Of a stretch of DNA of 64,000 nt, positions 40,568 through 50,431 are shown one piece after another. The notes beneath the pieces are model-generated. The model was not told the origin of the DNA. It made no database searches and saw nothing but the letters and a program-made list of their open reading frames with translations. The translations under genes were made by a program, and so were the position numbers. Position 1 is the stretch's first letter. Each line of letters begins with the position of its first letter. This stretch comes from Prosthecobacter sp. (GTDB lineage: Bacteria; Verrucomicrobiota; Verrucomicrobiia; Verrucomicrobiales; Verrucomicrobiaceae), in NCBI GenBank assembly GCA_044355475.1, contig JBIKYB010000001.1:1153-65152 (forward strand). Reading direction: 5' to 3'.

Positions 40568-42304
40568 ATGCCTGCCCCCGCCGAAGCTCCCGCCCCCGTC
40601 GCCGCCCCTCCGCCGGCCGATCTTGTGAATGTGCAGATCGACGGTGTCTGGCACAAGTTCCCCAAAGGCACACGCATGATCGAGGCGTGCAAGCAGGCCA
40701 AGGCGGAAGTTCCGCATTACTGCTACCACCCGAAATTGTCCTCCCCTGGCAACTGCCGCATGTGCCTTGTCGAAATGGGCATGCCGCCACGGCCCGCTCC
40801 CGGCACCGAGCCTGAGAAAGACGAGCACGGCATGCCGAAGATCGGCTGGATGCCGCGCCCCGTCATCGCCTGCGCGAACACCGTCGCCGAAGGCATGGGC
40901 ATCCGCACGGACAGCGTCCTCACGCAGGAATGCCGCAAGGGCGTGATGGAATTCCTCCTCATCAATCACCCGCTCGACTGCCCCATCTGTGATCAGGCAG
41001 GCGAATGTCGCCTGCAGGAGTTCAGCGTCGAGCACGGCAAAGGCGAGAGCCGCTTCCGCGAGGACAAGGTCAAGAAGCCGAAGAATGTCGATATCGGCCC
41101 TCGTGTGCGCCTCGATGACGAGCGCTGCATTATGTGCAGCCGCTGCATTCGCTTCACCGCCGAGATCGCCGACGATCCGGTGCTCGGCTTCACCGAGCGT
41201 GGCAGCCACACCACGCTCGCCGTGCATCCAGGCAAGCGCCTCGAAAACAACTACTCGCTCAACACCGTCGATATTTGCCCCGTCGGCGCTCTCACCAGCA
41301 ACGACTTCCGCTTCCAGCAGCGTGTGTGGTTCCTCACCGAGACCAACAGCATCTGCACCGGCTGTGGCCGTGGCTGCAACATGGAGATCGGCGCTCGTGG
41401 TGACACGATTTATCGTCAAACCCCGCGCGATAACAACGACGTCAACTCCACATGGATGTGTGACAGCGGCCGTCTCGACTTCCACTTCGTGAACAGCGAG
41501 TTCCGCCTCACCGACCCGATGATCAAAACCGGCGGCAAACACAATATCGCCACCTGGAAGGCCGCGCTGAGCAACATCGCCACCGCTTTGGTCGGCAAGA
41601 AGGGCGAGGAGATCGCCATCATCGCCAGTGCCCGCATGACGAACGAGGAACTCTTCTTCGTGAAGCACCTCGCCGCCCAGCTCGGCACCACCAATGTCGA
41701 TGTCATCCCCCGCACGGGTGGTTCTGACAACTACCTACGCGCCGACGATCTCAATCCGAACACCAACGGCGCCAAACTCATCCTCGGCATCGAACCCGGC
41801 GCGAAACTGGCCGAAATCACCGAACTCATGAGCCGTGGCCGTCTCCGCGTCGTGCTCGCCCTCGGTGAAAACCTGCTCAAAGTCGGCTTCACCCAGCGCG
41901 ACCTAGAAAAAGTGCCCTTCATCGCCACTTTGCACCTTCTGGCCAATGCCAGCGCCGAACTCAGCAACGTCGTCCTCCCCGGCACAGCCTACGCCGAGAA
42001 GCGTGGCAGCATGATCAACGTCACCGGCCGCCTCCAGCGCCTCAACAAGGCTGTCAAAGCCCCCGGCAACGCCCGCGATACCTGGGAAATCCTCCGCGAC
42101 CTCATTGTCGCCCTCGGCGGTTCGAATGGCATCCACACCATCGAAGACGTCTTCAAACGCCTCGCCGCCGAAGTCCCCGCCCTCAACGGCCTCACTTTCT
42201 CGAAGATCGGCGACCTCGGCACACAGGTGCTCGAAACCGCCGAGAAGATCCCGCTCCTTGAGCGTGAGAAAGAGCGCAAGGCCAAGGGCATCATCGTCGG
42301 CTAA
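40568..42304 (+). CDS. nuoG: NADH-quinone oxidoreductase subunit G-like Fe-S protein
   Basis: PHYCYHPKL...GNCRMCLVE, HPLDCPICDQAGEC, RCIMCSRCIRF, CPVGAL, CTGCGRGC. Confidence 0.88.
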   Translation: MPAPAEAPAPVAAPPPADLVNVQIDGVWHKFPKGTRMIEACKQAKAEVPHYCYHPKLSSPGNCRMCLVEMGMPPRPAPGTEPEKDEHGMPKIGWMPRPVIACANTVAEGMGIRTDSVLTQECRKGVMEFLLINHPLDCPICDQAGECRLQEFSVEHGKGESRFREDKVKKPKNVDIGPRVRLDDERCIMCSRCIRFTAEIADDPVLGFTERGSHTTLAVHPGKRLENNYSLNTVDICPVGALTSNDFRFQQRVWFLTETNSICTGCGRGCNMEIGARGDTIYRQTPRDNNDVNSTWMCDSGRLDFHFVNSEFRLTDPMIKTGGKHNIATWKAALSNIATALVGKKGEEIAIIASARMTNEELFFVKHLAAQLGTTNVDVIPRTGGSDNYLRADDLNPNTNGAKLILGIEPGAKLAEITELMSRGRLRVVLALGENLLKVGFTQRDLEKVPFIATLHLLANASAELSNVVLPGTAYAEKRGSMINVTGRLQRLNKAVKAPGNARDTWEILRDLIVALGGSNGIHTIEDVFKRLAAEVPALNGLTFSKIGDLGTQVLETAEKIPLLEREKERKAKGIIVG

Positions 42305-42331
42305 AACCGTCAATCATCGTGTGAGTGCCCG

Positions 42332-42679
42332 ATGTCCAAAGCTCACCACAAAAATAGACACGCTTGGGTTGTTGGAATGGGCAAGTCGTGGATACTTCGC
42401 CTCGACTTGGTGAGTGAAATCTCTTTGCCTGTTGCAATTCTTGTCATGGGAATCGGTAGCATCGTGAATATTTCATGGCTGGTAAGAACAGGTCTGACAA
42501 TGCTTGTGCTCAGCTTTGTCCTGTTTGGCATCTGGCAATTTTGTTATTTCAAGTACATCAAGTGTCCCCAATGTGGTCATAACCCTACCAGGACGAAAGA
42601 AGGCAGAAGGAAGAAGAACTTCAGGGCGATTGCCACTGAAGTGTCGAAACTGACGAATTGCCCCAAATGCGGCCATTGA
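42332..42679 (+). CDS. Small membrane protein with zinc-ribbon-like CxxC pairs
   Basis: Two TM helices, CPQCG and CPKCG; AT-rich relative to flanks; start uncertain. Confidence 0.55.
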   Translation: MSKAHHKNRHAWVVGMGKSWILRLDLVSEISLPVAILVMGIGSIVNISWLVRTGLTMLVLSFVLFGIWQFCYFKYIKCPQCGHNPTRTKEGRRKKNFRAIATEVSKLTNCPKCGH

Positions 42680-42746
42680 GCGAACACAAGCTGAGGGTGT
42701 TATCGTCGGTTGAGTGTATGGCCGTGCGCCTGTAGTCATAGGCCGC

Positions 42747-45188
42747 ATGTCGTCCTCCACTTTGCCACGTCCCGAACTCCTCTCCCCCGCCGGTAACTGG
42801 GACTGTGCTCGCGCAGCCGTCGCGAACGGGGCCGATGCGATCTTTTTTGGCATGCCGCGCTTCAATGCGCGGTTGCGGGCGGATAACTTCACGGAGGAGG
42901 ATTTGCCGGAGCTGATGAAGTTCCTCCATGCGCATGGCGTGAAGGGCTATGTGGCCTTCAACACTCTGATTTTCACCAAGGAGCTGCCGGATGCCGAGAA
43001 ACAGCTTCATCTGCTCGAAGACAGCGGCGTGGATGCGGTGATCGTGCAGGATCTCGGCCTCGCGCGCATGGTGAAGGCGCTCACGCCGGGTCTGCGGCTG
43101 CATGCCAGCACGCAGATGACGATTACTTCGCCTGAGGGCCTCGAATTTGCCAAACAGCTCGACATCGACCAGGCGGTGCTCGCGCGTGAGCTTTCCATGC
43201 GTGAGCTGGAACGTTTCAAAGATGCGCATGTGCCGCTGGAGGTGTTTGTGCACGGCGCGTTGTGCGTTGCTTACTCGGGCCAGTGCCTCACCAGCGAGTC
43301 GTTGGGCCGCCGCAGTGCGAATCGTGGTGAATGTGCGCAAGCCTGTCGCATGCCGTATGAAATGATTGTCGATGGCGAGCAGCGTGACCTCGGTGACAAG
43401 CGCTACCTGCTTTCGCCACAAGATCTCGCCGCCGTGGATGAAATCCCGCGCTTGATCGAGTTGGGCATCCGCAGTTTCAAAATTGAAGGCCGTCTCAAAA
43501 CGCCGGAATACGTCGCCGGTGTCACGCAGGTCTATCGTGCGGCGATAGATCGTGCGCTGGCCGGAAAACCAGCTCCGGCAACGGATGAGGACCGTTACGC
43601 GCTCGAAATGACCTTCTCACGCGGCCTCTATCCTGGCTGGATGCATGGGGTGAATCACCAGGAACTCGTCGGAGCCTATTACGGTAAGAAACGCGGTCCA
43701 TATGTTGGCCAGGTCACGCGCATTCTCGGTGCGGATACGCTGGAGCTTGATGAATTGCACATCGCCATGAAGCCGGGCGACGGTGTGGTCTTGGAGAACC
43801 TCGCCGACACCAATTACGAGCAAGGCGGCAGTGTTTATGAGATGCGCGGCAACGCCTTGAGCTTCCGCCATGGTCATTTCCGCATGCAGGATGTGCAGAT
43901 CGGCATGCGCGTCTTCAAAACCAGCGATCCCGCGCTCAATCGCTCCCTGCGGCAGTCGTTTGAAGGCGACCTTCCCATTCGGAAGCAGCACCAGCTTGAT
44001 CTCCACGTCACCGGCAAAGCTGGCGAGCCACTCGTCGTGCGCAGCGGTGCTCATCAAATCGCCTCCGCCATGCCCTTGCAGGCCGCGATAAAGCGCCCGC
44101 TCACGCCGTCCGCCTTCATCGAGCAATTCAGTCGTCTCGGCGGCACCGAGTTCGAACTCGGCAGCGTGCAGTTCGATGTCGAAGGCGAGGTCATGCTGCC
44201 CATCAGCGAGTTGAATCGCATGCGGCGTGAGTTGGTGGCACTGTGGAGTGGCGACGAGTCGTCGCCAAAAGAACCTGCACGAAGCCAGGTGACACTCGAA
44301 AGCCTCATGCCCGCTCGCGGGAAAGGCGACGAATCGTCGCCACTCCAAATCCATGCGCTTTGCCGTACGCAGGAGCATGTGGAGGCGGCGCTCGTGCTGG
44401 GCATCCCGCGTCTCTACCTCGACTTCGAGGACATCCGCCGTTACGCGGACGCGGTAAAGCACATCAAGGCCGCCAGCGACACCGCTCAGGTCTGGCTGGC
44501 CACGCCACGCATTCAAAAATCCGGCGAAGCTGGCTTCTTCAAGCTCATCCAGCGCGCGGAGCCGCATGGCGTGCTCATTCGCAATCTCGGAGCCATGTCG
44601 TTCTTCCAGGACGCCGGCATCCCGATGACCGGTGATTTCTCGCTCAACGTGGCGAATCCGCTCACGGCGGAGATTTTGAAAAAGGCCGGTCTGGAGCGGC
44701 TGACCATCAGTTATGACCTCAACATCGAGCAGGTCGTCGATTTGCTCGCCGCCGCGCCGCCGTCGTGGTTTGAACTCACGCTGCATCAGCACATGCCGAT
44801 GTTTCACATGGAGCACTGCGCGTTCGCGGCGTTTTTGAGCAAGGGCACCGATTTCACGAACTGCGGTCGCCCTTGCGACCGTCATCGCGTGCATCTTCGT
44901 GATCGCGTCGGCATGATGCACCCGCTCAAGGCCGATGTCGGCTGCCGTAACACGCTGTTCAACGCCGTGGCGCAAACCGGTGCGCAATTCTTCTCCGAGC
45001 TACGTGATTTTGGCCTGAGCTGCTTCCGCGTCGAGCTACTCGAAGAAGACGCCGACGAGGCGATGATCGTCCTGCGCACTTACCAGGAGCTGCTGGCCGG
45101 TCAGCGCGATGGCGAGGAGATCTGGCGCGATCTGAAGGCGCAGAGCCAGCTCGGCGTGACGCGCGGGACATGGACCGAGATGGCTTAA
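42747..45188 (+). CDS. U32 family protein with DUF3656 (RlhA/YdcP-like RNA hydroxylation protein)
   Basis: PELLSPAG, HASTQM, EVFVHGALCVAYSGQC, NRGECAQACR, KIEGRLK. Confidence 0.9.
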   Translation: MSSSTLPRPELLSPAGNWDCARAAVANGADAIFFGMPRFNARLRADNFTEEDLPELMKFLHAHGVKGYVAFNTLIFTKELPDAEKQLHLLEDSGVDAVIVQDLGLARMVKALTPGLRLHASTQMTITSPEGLEFAKQLDIDQAVLARELSMRELERFKDAHVPLEVFVHGALCVAYSGQCLTSESLGRRSANRGECAQACRMPYEMIVDGEQRDLGDKRYLLSPQDLAAVDEIPRLIELGIRSFKIEGRLKTPEYVAGVTQVYRAAIDRALAGKPAPATDEDRYALEMTFSRGLYPGWMHGVNHQELVGAYYGKKRGPYVGQVTRILGADTLELDELHIAMKPGDGVVLENLADTNYEQGGSVYEMRGNALSFRHGHFRMQDVQIGMRVFKTSDPALNRSLRQSFEGDLPIRKQHQLDLHVTGKAGEPLVVRSGAHQIASAMPLQAAIKRPLTPSAFIEQFSRLGGTEFELGSVQFDVEGEVMLPISELNRMRRELVALWSGDESSPKEPARSQVTLESLMPARGKGDESSPLQIHALCRTQEHVEAALVLGIPRLYLDFEDIRRYADAVKHIKAASDTAQVWLATPRIQKSGEAGFFKLIQRAEPHGVLIRNLGAMSFFQDAGIPMTGDFSLNVANPLTAEILKKAGLERLTISYDLNIEQVVDLLAAAPPSWFELTLHQHMPMFHMEHCAFAAFLSKGTDFTNCGRPCDRHRVHLRDRVGMMHPLKADVGCRNTLFNAVAQTGAQFFSELRDFGLSCFRVELLEEDADEAMIVLRTYQELLAGQRDGEEIWRDLKAQSQLGVTRGTWTEMA

Positions 45189-45245
45189 CCGCGCAGAATT
45201 CATCTTCTGACTGGCCTTCCGGGCGCGAATGTGAAAAATCGCGCC

Positions 45246-46736
45246 ATGAAATACATCCTCGCACTCGACCAGGGCACCACCAGCTCACGCGCCATTCTGT
45301 TCAACCACGAAGGCGGCATCGTGGCGACGGCACAGAAGGAGTTCCGGCAGATTTTCCCGAAACCCGGCTGGGTGGAGCACGATGCCCAGGAAATCTGGGC
45401 CACTCAGGCTGGAGTGGCGGCGGAGGTGCTGCAAACCGCGCGCGCCAAGGCTGCGGACGTTGCCGCCATCGGCATCACGAATCAGCGCGAGACGACCGTG
45501 GTGTGGGATCGCAAGACTGGGAAGCCGGTTTGCAACGCCATCGTCTGGCAGGACCGCCGTACGGCGTCGATCTGCGACAAGCTGCGCGCGCAGAAGCTCG
45601 ACAAGCTCATTCAGCGCAAGACCGGTCTTGTGGTTGATGCTTACTTCTCCGCCACGAAGGTGCAGTGGATGCTGCAAAACGTGAAGGGCCTCAAAGCCCG
45701 CGCAGCAAAGGGCGAACTCGCCTTCGGCACCATCGACACCTGGCTGCTGTGGAACCTCACCGGCGGCAAGGTACATGCCACGGATGTCAGCAACGCCTCG
45801 CGCACGATGCTCTACGACATTCGCAAAGGCGACTGGGATGACAAGCTGCTGAAAATCTTCGGCGTGCCGCGCTCCATGCTGCCGGAGGTGAAGGATTCGA
45901 GCGGCGTGTTTGGTGAAACGTCGCTTTTCGGCGGCAGCATTCCTGTCGCTGGCATCGCAGGAGATCAACAGTCGGCCTTGTTCGGCCAGGTTTGCACGAA
46001 GCCGGGCATGGTGAAAAACACCTATGGCACAGGTTGCTTCATGCTGATGAACACCGGTACCAAGCCCATCGCCTCGAAGAACAAACTGCTCACCACTGTG
46101 GCCTGGCGCATCGGCGGACGCACCGAGTATGCGCTGGAAGGCAGTGTGTTCATCGCCGGCGCGGCGATTCAGTGGCTGCGCGATGGTCTGGGCATCATCA
46201 AAAAATCCACCGATGTCGAGGCGCTCGCTGCGAGCGTGCCGGACACCGGCGGCGTCTATCTCGTGCCTGCCTTCGCTGGCTTGGGCGCTCCGCATTGGGA
46301 TGCGTATGCGCGTGGCACGCTGGTGGGCATGACGCGTGGCACTACGGCGGCGCACATCGCCCGTGCGGCGCTGGAAGGCATCGCCTTGCAGGTCATGGAC
46401 ATCTTGAAGGCCATGGAGGCCGATGCGGGCATCAAGCTGAAGGAACTCCGTGTCGATGGCGGCGCGTGCGTGAACAACCTGCTCATGCAGATGCAGTGCG
46501 ATCTGCTCGGCGTGCCCGTCGTGCGACCGAAGGTGAATGAAACCACCGCACTTGGTGCCGCCTGCCTCGCCGGACTTGCCGTCGGCTTCTGGAAGAATGT
46601 GGCCGACATCGCGAAGCACTGGCAGATGGATCGCAAATTCAAACCGGCTATGAAGGCGGCGGAACGCGCCAAGATCACGGCGGAATGGGATCGGGCGTTG
46701 GGCCGCGCAAAGGGCTGGGAGTTGAAGCAGAAGTGA
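45246..46736 (+). CDS. glpK: Glycerol kinase
   Basis: [46 protein letters not shown]. Confidence 0.97.
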   Translation: MKYILALDQGTTSSRAILFNHEGGIVATAQKEFRQIFPKPGWVEHDAQEIWATQAGVAAEVLQTARAKAADVAAIGITNQRETTVVWDRKTGKPVCNAIVWQDRRTASICDKLRAQKLDKLIQRKTGLVVDAYFSATKVQWMLQNVKGLKARAAKGELAFGTIDTWLLWNLTGGKVHATDVSNASRTMLYDIRKGDWDDKLLKIFGVPRSMLPEVKDSSGVFGETSLFGGSIPVAGIAGDQQSALFGQVCTKPGMVKNTYGTGCFMLMNTGTKPIASKNKLLTTVAWRIGGRTEYALEGSVFIAGAAIQWLRDGLGIIKKSTDVEALAASVPDTGGVYLVPAFAGLGAPHWDAYARGTLVGMTRGTTAAHIARAALEGIALQVMDILKAMEADAGIKLKELRVDGGACVNNLLMQMQCDLLGVPVVRPKVNETTALGAACLAGLAVGFWKNVADIAKHWQMDRKFKPAMKAAERAKITAEWDRALGRAKGWELKQK

Positions 46737-46756
46737 GGATGTGCCAGACTCCAGTC

Positions 46757-47299
46757 ATGAACGCCCTGCTATCCATCCCGAAGGTCAAAAACCAGACGGT
46801 CTTCAACATCGACCGCTGGGAGGAGATCGGGCGCGATCCAATGGTGCGCAACTGGCCCGGCAGGGTGGAAACAGACCGCTACGGAAACACGATCATGATG
46901 TGCTACACCGAATTCTCTCATGGCGGCAAACAAGCAGATCTTGTCGAGCTGTTGCGCAAACATGCGCCCGTCGGCAAAGTGACTGTCGAGTGCCCCATCT
47001 CCACCAGTGAGGGCATCAAGGTCGCTGATGTGGCCTGGCTTTCGAAGAAGCGGCTCGTGCAGGTTGGCGGACGTGTGGCGCTCAAGGGTGCGCCGGAGAT
47101 TTGCGTCGAGGTCGTCTCTCCGGGCAACAAACGTGGTGAAATCGAGGAAAAGCGTCGTCTTTACTTCGAAGCAGGAGCCAAGGAAGTCTGGGTTTGCGAT
47201 CGCCGAGGACGGCTCCTGTTCTTCCTCAAAGATGAGCCGGAAAAAGCTGCCGCATCACTGCTCTGTCCGAAAATACCCCGCACCTTGAGCGTTGACTGA
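46757..47299 (+). CDS. Uma2 (DUF820) family endonuclease
   Basis: VADVAW, APEICVEVVSPGN, KRRLYFEAGAKEVW. Confidence 0.9.
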   Translation: MNALLSIPKVKNQTVFNIDRWEEIGRDPMVRNWPGRVETDRYGNTIMMCYTEFSHGGKQADLVELLRKHAPVGKVTVECPISTSEGIKVADVAWLSKKRLVQVGGRVALKGAPEICVEVVSPGNKRGEIEEKRRLYFEAGAKEVWVCDRRGRLLFFLKDEPEKAAASLLCPKIPRTLSVD

Positions 47300-47301
47300 C
47301 C

Positions 47302-48375
47302 ATGCGACATCACGCGTGGATCAACCCGCCCTGCCCGCTGCTGCCGGAGGAGAATCGTCATTACGATCACACGGACATTGAGACGCTGGGCGGCGAGCGT
47401 GGGCCGCTGTTCTATGAAACGGCGCTGCATTATGCACAGAGTCTCTGGCGCGAGGGTTTTCCGGCCAAAAGCATCCTGCTCATCAACCGGGCGCTATCGC
47501 TGCCACTGAAGGCAGACGAGCCGATCCTGGCGAAATGGCCGCTGCCGTATCAGGCGCTCCTGTGGATCATGCAGAACCGTGTGGAAGGCCAGTTCATCGG
47601 CAATCCGCGCCGTCACTGGCAGCATCTGGCCACGCGCATGGTCGAGCCAAACAAGGAACTGCGCACCTGGCGGGCCTGGGCTTGCTGGTATCTGGCAAAA
47701 ACTGTCCTGTCGGAGGCGGAATTCCCCTCTGATCAGAAACAAATTCGTGAGGAGCAGATTGTGGAGCCGACGCACGATCAAATCGCCGATCATTTGCAGC
47801 GGCTCTCACCGGCCAACGACCTCGAAATCTGGCAGCGCACGCTGGAGTCGATCCAGGGCGTGAAACAGCCGCTCAGCACGCGCATCCGCCGCATCGGGCC
47901 GGAGGAACTGCCGATGGTGCAGAAGCTCGGGCATGCCATCTGGCTCGCGTATTACCCCGGCATCATCAGCGACGCGCAGATCCGCTACATGCTCTCCGTC
48001 TGGTATCAGCCCGGCAACATGGCGCATGAGATGCAGGCGCGGGACGTGTGGTACGCGCTCGTCGAGGTCGAGGAGCGTGGCGCGGTCGGCTACATCTCGT
48101 TTGAAAAGCTCGCCATGGAGCCCGTGCTCTTCATCAACAAGCTCTACCTCCTGCCCGAGGTGCATGGCCACGGCCTCGGCGGTCTCACCCTGCGCTGGGC
48201 CGAGGACCGCGCCCGCGACCTGCGCTGCAAGGTCGTGCGTCTGCGCGTGAACAAACGCAACGCCCCCGCCATTCGCGCCTACCTCCGCCACGGCTTCCAT
48301 TTCACCGAAGATGTCGTCAGCGACATCGGCAGCGGGTTTGTGATGGATGACTATGTGATGGAGAAGGCGGTGTGA
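47302..48375 (+). CDS. Hypothetical N-terminal domain fused to GNAT acetyltransferase
   Basis: C-terminal INKLYLLPEVHGHGLG, LRVNKRNAPAIRAY, MDDYVMEK. Confidence 0.8.
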   Translation: MRHHAWINPPCPLLPEENRHYDHTDIETLGGERGPLFYETALHYAQSLWREGFPAKSILLINRALSLPLKADEPILAKWPLPYQALLWIMQNRVEGQFIGNPRRHWQHLATRMVEPNKELRTWRAWACWYLAKTVLSEAEFPSDQKQIREEQIVEPTHDQIADHLQRLSPANDLEIWQRTLESIQGVKQPLSTRIRRIGPEELPMVQKLGHAIWLAYYPGIISDAQIRYMLSVWYQPGNMAHEMQARDVWYALVEVEERGAVGYISFEKLAMEPVLFINKLYLLPEVHGHGLGGLTLRWAEDRARDLRCKVVRLRVNKRNAPAIRAYLRHGFHFTEDVVSDIGSGFVMDDYVMEKAV

Positions 48376-48445
48376 GGCTGGCTCAAGCCTCGGCCTGTCA
48401 GATGAGGCCCGTTGCACGACCGGCTTTTGAAGTTAGTTTTCGCTC

Positions 48446-48715
48446 ATGAGCACGATCACGCTCGAATACCCGCCGTCCTGGCTTGCCGCCATGGGCGTGG
48501 ACGCGCCGCGTTTCGCAGCGGACACGAAGATCGCTGCGGCGATGAAGCTGTTCGAGTGCCACCGGCTTTCCAGCGGGCAGGCCGCCCAGTTGGCGGGATT
48601 GTCCCGCGTCGAGTTTCTGCTTACCTGCCGCCAGTGGGGTGTTGCCAGCGTGAACTGGGATGATGACGATCTCGCGGCGGAGTTCGGCGGCACTTTGCCC
48701 GTAGTGCGCTCATGA
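48446..48715 (+). CDS. UPF0175 family protein (putative antitoxin)
   Basis: AMKLFE...LSSGQAAQLAGLSRVEFL. Confidence 0.85.
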   Translation: MSTITLEYPPSWLAAMGVDAPRFAADTKIAAAMKLFECHRLSSGQAAQLAGLSRVEFLLTCRQWGVASVNWDDDDLAAEFGGTLPVVRS

Positions 48716-48733
48716 GCACCGTCGTTTGCAATT

Positions 48734-48846
48734 CCGAGGATCGCGCCCGCGAGATGTGCTGCAAGGCCGTGCGCCTCCGCGTTAACAAACACAACGCCCC
48801 CGCTATCTGCGCTCTGGCTGCCGTTACATCGAAGACATCGCCAGCG
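48734..48846 (+). repeat. Degenerate direct copy of the GNAT 3' region (48200-48322)
   Basis: CCGAGGATCGCGCCCGCGAGATGTGCTGCAAGGCCGTGCG... vs CCGAGGACCGCGCCCGCGACCTGCGCTGCAAGGTCGTGCG... Confidence 0.9.
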
Positions 48847-48906
48847 TATTGGTGTTGTGTAATTCCATGATGGTAAGAGGATTGTTTCGGTGATAGCAGA
48901 GGTTTC

Positions 48907-49473
48907 ATGGTCATCAGCCCCGCAGAAATCCCCGCTTCGCTGCAATTCAATGCCGTTGAATGGTTCTCCCAGTTTTCGGCGGATGGAAAACCAATAGACA
49001 GCACAGAGCTGCAGCCCATCCTCGAGTTCACACTGCTTTGGAGTCTGTTTGAGCGTGAAACCTGTGATCGTTTTGTCCGGCTCGTTGATTTAAGAAAGCA
49101 CGTTGATGAGGCTTCTGCCAAGGATCAACTTATGCGAGACGCATATGAACCGTATCTTCTGTTCTTTCGCACTCGGTATTCGCAATTCGGTGAAGCTGGC
49201 TACTTATCAAGCTCGCTGGAGCCTGCACAACACTCACAGGGATGCGGAGACAGTAATGAAATTCTGCTTCTTCAAAAAGTGCTTGAGGGAACGTGCAAAG
49301 GTTTGAACGACATGGTGTTCGCACTTCTGTTCATCGCCTACAGGATTCGGAACAACCTGTTTCACGGTGAGAAGAACATCTACAGGCTGCATACACAGAG
49401 ATCCCTGTTCGTGGCTGTGAATTCGCTCCTGGCAACTTATCTCGGACAGACATGCCGACGAATGAGGAATTGA
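48907..49473 (+). CDS. HEPN-motif protein (putative RNase toxin)
   Basis: Helical protein with R-x4-H (YRIRNNLFHGEK) and FTLLWSLFE; lower GC. Confidence 0.7.
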   Translation: MVISPAEIPASLQFNAVEWFSQFSADGKPIDSTELQPILEFTLLWSLFERETCDRFVRLVDLRKHVDEASAKDQLMRDAYEPYLLFFRTRYSQFGEAGYLSSSLEPAQHSQGCGDSNEILLLQKVLEGTCKGLNDMVFALLFIAYRIRNNLFHGEKNIYRLHTQRSLFVAVNSLLATYLGQTCRRMRN

Positions 49474-49603
49474 CTCGTGAGTAGCACCCCTTTCCGGTGC
49501 TAGGAGCCAACAAACCCATAACCTGAACGCCTCCGTGTGATAAGTGGCAACTCAGAGACACTGCAAAGGCATTCGAGCAATGAGCCGCGCGGGTTAACCC
49601 TGC

Positions 49604-50431
49604 TCAGGACCGCCCTTGTTCCAAGACAACCCGGAAGCCGCCGTAGGCGTCGTCGGCGATATCCGGGAAGTCGCGCATCGCCGACCGGCATAGGCAGGCG
49701 TCGCTGCACCAGCCGCCGCCGCGGAACACGCGGTACAAGCCTGTTGACGGCCCTCTGGGGTCATCCCCGCCCTCAAGCTCAGGTGAATACCAGTCCGCGC
49801 ACCATTCCCACACATTCCCGTGCATGTCATAGAGTCCCCAGTCATTCGCTTGTTTCCCGCCCACCTCATGGGTCTTATTTCCGCTGTTCTCATAGTACCA
49901 AGCTACGTCATCAAGTTCACCATTGTAAGGACCGGTGGTTCCTGCACGACAGGCATATTCCCACTGCGCCTCCGTAGGTAGCGCATAGTGATAACCGTGA
50001 GGTCCGGTTTCGATGCCGTTGAGCTTCGCGCAAAAGTCCTGCGCATCGTTCCAGCTCACCGTATCAACCGGCAACTGACCGCTGTCATTGAAGCAATTCG
50101 GATTGTTGCCCATCAGTGCCTGCCACTGACTCTGCGTCACCAGTGTGCTGGCCATCCAGAAACCTTGGCTGATCCGCACCTGGACTTGACCTTCACCGAC
50201 CCACCGGTGTTTTTCACCCAGGGGGCTACCCATGAGAAACTCCCCAGGCGGACACCACATCATTTCCATGCCAAGGCTGTTTATAAAGTTGGTCGGAAGA
50301 ACCAAAGCCTGAGCCGCATCGGCCTCGGCCAACAAACGTTTCACCAGATCGATCCGCTGGTCGATGCGACGCACTAATGCCTGGGAGGAACTGACCTGAA
50401 GTTCGAGTTTAGGAAGCTGGTCGTTGCTCAT
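49604..50431 (-). CDS. Formylglycine-generating enzyme (FGE-sulfatase/C-type lectin fold) domain protein
   Basis: FLMGSP, VTQSQW, PVDTVSW, LPTEAQWEYACRAG, NDWGLYDMHGNVWEWC, RGGGW...GFRVV. Confidence 0.92.
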   Translation of the reverse strand: MSNDQLPKLELQVSSSQALVRRIDQRIDLVKRLLAEADAAQALVLPTNFINSLGMEMMWCPPGEFLMGSPLGEKHRWVGEGQVQVRISQGFWMASTLVTQSQWQALMGNNPNCFNDSGQLPVDTVSWNDAQDFCAKLNGIETGPHGYHYALPTEAQWEYACRAGTTGPYNGELDDVAWYYENSGNKTHEVGGKQANDWGLYDMHGNVWEWCADWYSPELEGGDDPRGPSTGLYRVFRGGGWCSDACLCRSAMRDFPDIADDAYGGFRVVLEQGRS

